A stretch of DNA of 63,864 bases, counting the filler, from Klebsormidium nitens (lineage: Eukaryota; Plantae; Klebsormidiophyceae): assembly GCA_000708835.1 (NCBI GenBank). It is 6 parts of 6 records of this genome, joined end to end, with 100 filler letters (N's around TTAATTAATTAA, not from the genome) between each part and the next. Parts side by side here need not be neighbours in the genome. Positions count along the whole stretch, not along the records: positions 58,904 to 61,854 come from DF238622.1; positions 61,955 to 63,864 come from DF238610.1; 4 more parts are not named here. One strand, written 5' to 3'. How positions within the stretch are numbered: the stretch's first letter is position 1; every line of letters starts with the position of its first letter. Position numbers and translations under genes: made by a program. Under the pieces are notes generated by a model that made no database searches, was not told the DNA's origin, and saw only the letters and a program-made list of their open reading frames with translations. Of the stretch, positions 58,904-63,864 are shown in pieces.

Positions 58904-61854
58904 TTGCAGCGGCTGGGCTGGGATCGTGGTGCTGCCGGGCGTCTGTCCCATCATGATCTGACGGCAGCGGATTGCGGGAGAGACCGTCCGCGTCGAGGTT
59001 CTTGAGCCCGCTGCGGTGCGCGATCTCGAAGTCGTACTCTTGGAGGATGATAGCCCAACGGGCGTGCATCCCCGTGAGCCGCATGTTGGTCATCAACCAC
59101 TTGAGTGGCTCGTGATCCGTGATCAGCGTGAAGTGGCGTCCATAGAGGTAGACGCGGAAGATCTGCACTGCCCATACAGCGGCCAGGCACTCGCCTTGGT
59201 AACTCGAGTAGTGTTGAATTTTCAGCTCAAAGGCAGCCATGCTTCTCATATGCCAACTGATGACATGCCGCGCGCATACGGACATACTCTCTAAGCACCA
59301 TCTCACGGTATCACTTTCACCATCTTGATCTTTCACATGTGCCTCTCTCATAGGCTTCACCACTCACAAGCGCCTTCTCTCATAGAAGCACTCCCTACAA
59401 TTATTCTCTTCTTCTATATCTCCTTCCTCTATTACCACATTTCTACTCTAGAAGCTTCCTTTCAATCTCGTCCGTCCAAATCTGATTTACTCAAGTCCGA
59501 ATTCTGACCGTCGATATAATTCGGCTGATCTACGACTCTCAAAATCCAACACTCCCACACAGCCGAATTATCTTATCCATTATTTACTCTACGACTTGCT
59601 CTCTTCTTGGTCTTAGGCGTTATCCATACGGCCTCTCCTCTCAAGTCTATTTCTCCGACTGCTCCCACACTTTCTTTAGCTTCCACGCTTCCGCTCGCTT
59701 GAACCCGCGCTCTCGTCTTCACTCCCTCCGTTGGCCTCGTCGCTTGTGTCTCTTTGATGGATGGCTCATCTCTGATACCCCTATCGTTTGCTCGTAATTC
59801 TGGTTGCTCCGGCTCCGTGCTCTCCGATAGCTTCTCTTCGTCTTCGTCATCGAGGTCGATCTCGACCACCCTTGTCTTTTCAATCCTCGGCGCTTCTCTT
59901 GGCTTCTTCGCCACTCCGTTTTTCACCGGCACCTCCTTGGGGTTGAAGCTCTTCTCCGTGGTCACCGTTAAGACATGCCACAGTCCGTCAACCTGGAGAG
60001 CTTCTATGCACACATCCCCATTGAAAGCGAACTCGGCTCGCTTTCCCCGAATTCTGATTTCTGCCCCCGCGTCCGTTGCACGTCCCAACGCCATCAAGTT
60101 GGCCTTTGCTTCCGGAACGTGTCTCACGTCTCTCAATGTTATCAGCCGCACCCCCTCTTTGGTTTGGCATCTCAGCTTCACCTCATCAATCCCAACAACT
60201 TCTAGACGTTCACCGCCAATTCCCTCAATCCTTTCCGGTTTTGCTAGCCTCCGGTAGCTTGACAACTGCGTCCTATCCGCTGTCACATGCATCGTACTTC
60301 CGGAGTCTACAATCCAGCCTTTTGGCCACTCTCGAGCAGCCCCGTGCCACATCGTAAAGGCGACTCCATTTCTCACCTCTCGAACGAAGGCCGCCTGCTC
60401 TCTCGGGCCTGATTTGCACACCGCTTTTGTGTGCCCTCTCTTGCCACAGTTGTGACACTCCGCGTTCTGAAATCTGCAATTCACTTTGATGTGGCCAACT
60501 TCTCCACACGCAAAGCAAGCTCTTCTCTCCGTATTTCTGCCCATCACGTTCAAGCTTCTCTGAAAACCTCCCGACTTTGCACTAAAAGCAGAAACTCTCC
60601 CTTCTTCTACGCTAATTTCCTGATCCCCTCTCTCTTCTTCACGCAGTTTCAGCGCTTGCTCTCTTTGCATGAGCTTGGGTTGGATGCTATCTAAGCTCAA
60701 CTCACTCTCTCCCGCTTCTATGATTTCCCGAAGGGTTGCATACTCTTTAGGCAGTCCCTGGAGAGCATGCACAGCAAGCTACAAATCTGACACAGGCTGT
60801 CCTGCCGCTTCCAAATCTGCCTTGATCTCGCGGAAGTCTCCAAGATACTCCGCGATGCTCTCTTTCTCTTCCAGCTTTAGATTTGTCAACCTCCCCGTAA
60901 GTTGCACAACCCTAGCATTACTTATCTTCTCAAAGTTCTCCTTCAACTTTTTCCATGCTTTCGCTGCTGTAGCTTCTCCCACAATCAATTTCACATATGC
61001 ATCTTGCGTGTGCAAGATCATCAAGGCTTTTGCTTGCCCAGACAGTTTTCTGCCCTCCGCCGAGTCCGGCTGCTCAATTGCCACCAACCATCAGACCTTT
61101 ATACTCCAACAAGGCCTGAAACTTGGCCTTCCATATGGACCAATTGTCCTTTCCGAGCTGAGGAATTGAGATCTTCTCTATCCCCGCCATCACCACTCTT
61201 TTCACAAGCTCTTCAAATCAGTATTCCAACATTCTGAATTCTGAAATCTGAAATTTCCCAGTTTTGCACCAAAGAAACCTCACGTTTCTTAGCTCTACCC
61301 TCTGTTCAGCACTGTCACCCTCGCTCTTTCAGCAAAAGGCTGCCCCTTGTGGGCCCATAACCTGTTGAATTTTCGGCTCAAAGGCAGCCATGCTTCTCAT
61401 ATGCCAACTGATGACATGCCGCGCGCATACGGACATACTCTCTAAGCACCATCTCACGGTATCACTTTCACCATCTTGATCTTTCACATGTGCCTCTCTC
61501 ATAGGCTTCACCACTCACAAGCGCCTTCTCTCATAGAAGCACTCCCTACAATTATTCTCTTCTTCTATATCTCCTTCCTCTATTACCACATTTCTACTCT
61601 AGAAGCTTCCTTTCAATCTCGTCCGTCCAAATCTGATTTACTCAAGTCCGATTTCTGACCGTCGATATAATTCGGCTGATCTACGACTCTCAAAATCCAA
61701 CAAGTAGTTCCGCTCGGTCCGGTTGTTACTCCGGGACGCGTAAGCGATCACATAGTCCCTTCCGTCAGCGTCCCGTTGGGCCAGAACCGCTCCCAAACCA
61801 TTGTAACTCCAGTCGGTGTGGAGCTCGAAGGCCAGTTTGAAGTTCGGTCGGCGT
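58904..61854 (-). mobile_element. Ty3/Gypsy pol RNase H fragment, split by the Copia insertion
   Basis: 61854-61703 reads FELHTDWSYNGLGAVLAQ...VIAYASRSNNRTERNY; 59211-58904 continues in register SSYQGECLAAVWAVQIFRVYLYGRHFTLITDHEPLKWL...RWAIILQEYDF...NLDADGLSR. Confidence 0.9.
59212..61702 (-). mobile_element. Non-autonomous Ty1/Copia LTR element (gag + protease only), 2491 bp
   Basis: 340-bp LTRs at 59212-59551 and 61363-61702 with TGTTG...CAACA ends; 5-bp TSD AGTAG; PBS GGTTATGGGCCC next to the 5' LTR; purine-rich GTGGGAG before the 3' LTR. Gag has UBN2-like and two CCHC knuckles; protease WIVDSGSTMHVT. No integrase or RT. Confidence 0.93.
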
Positions 61855-61954
61855 NNNNNNNNNNNNNNNNNNNNNNNNNNNNNNNNNNNNNNNNNNNNTT
61901 AATTAATTAANNNNNNNNNNNNNNNNNNNNNNNNNNNNNNNNNNNNNNNNNNNN

Positions 61955-63864
61955 CCTTTTGCCCGCACCTTTTGCGCACCCCTTTTTTGCGCACCCTTTT
62001 TTGCGCACCTCTTTTGCGCGCCCCTTTCCGGCGCATCCTTTTTGCTCACCCCTTTTTGGCGCACCCCTTTTGCGCGCCCCTTCCAAAGAAAGTTTCTGGC
62101 GCACTGATACGATACAGGCCTATAAGGCAACGCTGGCCATATATCGGATCAGAGAAACACTTGCGGAAGCCCTTGTCTTGCTCACCAGCTGCGCGCTCTT
62201 AAAAACTGCTTACTTCAGACCAGCACCAAAAGTGTGATACTGTTCATTGACCTTCTCCCTCAAGGCCATCCTCTCCGGTTCAGTACGTACGAAACGTACT
62301 ACATGCCCAGGTTGGTATTCCTATCAGGAACTCAGTCGAACACAGTAATCAGTACACGAGACTTGGCCGCGTGGATAAGTCTTGACAAAGCTAAGCCGAG
62401 TCATCGGGTTGTACATTCTTGTCCAGTAAGATGCATTCGTGTCATGTCGTCGTGTCCAATACGCGCGCCGACTGCCATGCATACATCAGATATGACACGT
62501 GACCGGTAGTGCACATATATAGTACTCATGTGCAGGTGACAACTAGCCTGAAGCGAGAAATGAATGTAGCTCAGAATATTCAACACAGAGCTTCAGAACA
62601 GATATTCGACTACCCTAATGGATAAGTCTTGCCGAACAGAATTGATACGAGGCCCCCTTAAATCGCGCACCCCNNNNNNNNNNNNNNNNNNNNNNNNNNN
62701 NNNNNNNNNNNNNNNNNNNNNNNNNNNNNNNNNNNNNNNNNNNNNNNNNNNNNNNNNNNNNNNNNNNNNNNNNNNNNNNNNNNNNNNNNNNNNNNNNNNN
62801 NNNNNNNNNNNNNNNNNNNNNNNNNNNNNNNNNNNNNNNNNNNNNNNNNNNNNNNNNNNNNNNNNNNNNNNNNNNNNNNNNNNNNNNNNNNNNNNNNNNN
62901 NNNNNNNNNNNNNNNNNNNNNNNNNNNNNNNNNNNNNNNNNNNNNNNNNNNNNNNNNNNNNNNNNNNNNNNNNNNNNNNNNNNNNNNNNNNNNNNNNNNN
63001 NNNNNNNNNNNNNNNNNNNNNNNNNNNNNNNNNNNNNNNNNNNNNNNNNNNNNNNNNNNNNNNNNNNNNNNNNNNNNNNNNNNNNNNNNNNNNNNNNNNN
63101 NNNNNNNNNNNNNNNNNNNNNNNNNNNNNNNNNNNNNNNNNNNNNNNNNNNNNNNNNNNNNNNNNNNNNNNNNNNNNNNNNNNNNNNNNNNNNNNNNNNN
63201 NNNNNNNNNNNNNNNNNNNNNNNNNNNNNNNNNNNNNNNNNNNNNNNNNNNNNNNNNNNNNNNNNNNNNNNNNNNNNNNNNNNNNNNNNNNNNNNNNNNN
63301 NNNNNNNNNNNNNNNNNNNNNNNNNNNNNNNNNNNNNNNNNNNNNNNNTTCTGGTGCTGGTCTGAAGTAAGCAGTTTTTAAGAGCGCGCAGCTGGTGAGC
63401 AAAACAAGGGCTTCCGCAAGTGTTTCTCTGATCCGATATATGGCCAGCGTTGCCTTATAGGCCTGTATCGTATCAGTGCGCCAGAAACTTTAGATTTGAA
63501 AGGGGCGCGCAAAAAGGGTGCGCCAAAAAGGGGTGAGCAAAAAGGATGCGCCGGAAAGGGGCGCGCAAAAGGGGTGCGCGAAAAAGGGTGCGCAAAAAAG
63601 GGGTGCGAAGAAAGGATGCGCCAAAAATGGGCGCGCAAAAGGGGCGCGCAAGAAAAGGGGCGCGCAAAAGGGGCGCGCAGCGTGAAAAGTAGTGCGCAAA
63701 AGAGGGGTGCGCAAAAGGTGCGGGCAAAAGGAGTGCGCAGAAATATTGCGCCAGAAAAGGGGTGCGCAAATAGAAGTGCGTAGAAAAGGGGTGCGCAAAA
63801 GGGGTGCGCAGAAAGCCTCGGATGCGCCAAAAAAGGGGCGCGCGGATGGGGTACAAAGGGATGG
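61955..63864. repeat. Large inverted repeat built of a ~150-bp unique block plus tandem AAAAGGGGTGCGCA-like subrepeats (Foldback/MULE-like termini)
   Basis: 61955-62228 is the reverse complement, with substitutions and an indel, of sequence from 63352 onward. The subrepeats continue to the window end, and an N gap lies between the two copies. Confidence 0.8.

Noticed and set aside
61903-63856. Low-complexity ORFs rich in P/F/A/R or K/G/A
   Set aside because: They are translations of the tandem subrepeats and N gaps.

Overview
Eukaryotic genomic DNA with spliceosomal introns and N-gaps containing an artificial TTAATTAATTAA linker. The gene homologues point to a green plant lineage, most like a streptophyte alga such as Klebsormidium (inference). 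The window is a mosaic. Ordinary host genes: an RRM+SPOC RNA-binding protein, eIF3m, the Deg1 protease and an RMA1-type RING E3 ligase. Accessory genes: (i) a head-to-head pair made of an apparently active, tail-anchored Ser/Thr kinase and an MLKL-like protein (N-terminal four-helix bundle, helical brace, pseudokinase), the best candidate for an undescribed regulated cell-death/immune module; (ii) a Crinkler/RHS-like NTPase + restriction-endonuclease-fold gene with a foldback MITE just upstream. Virus-like remnants flank the kinase pair: a tyrosine recombinase C-terminus, an AntA/MSV199-like + T5orf172 gene, a PrimPol-Zn finger-D5 helicase gene with an iteron-like array, and a possible ADP-ribosyltransferase-fold ORF. 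Transposons: a decayed KDZ (Zisupton-like) transposase, a CRE-like non-LTR fragment, a PIF/Harbinger element, a young gag-protease-only Copia element nested in a Gypsy RNase H, and large modular inverted repeats. There is no CRISPR array, rRNA or convincing tRNA. All domain calls come from motif recognition by eye; no searches were run, and multi-exon gene boundaries are approximate.
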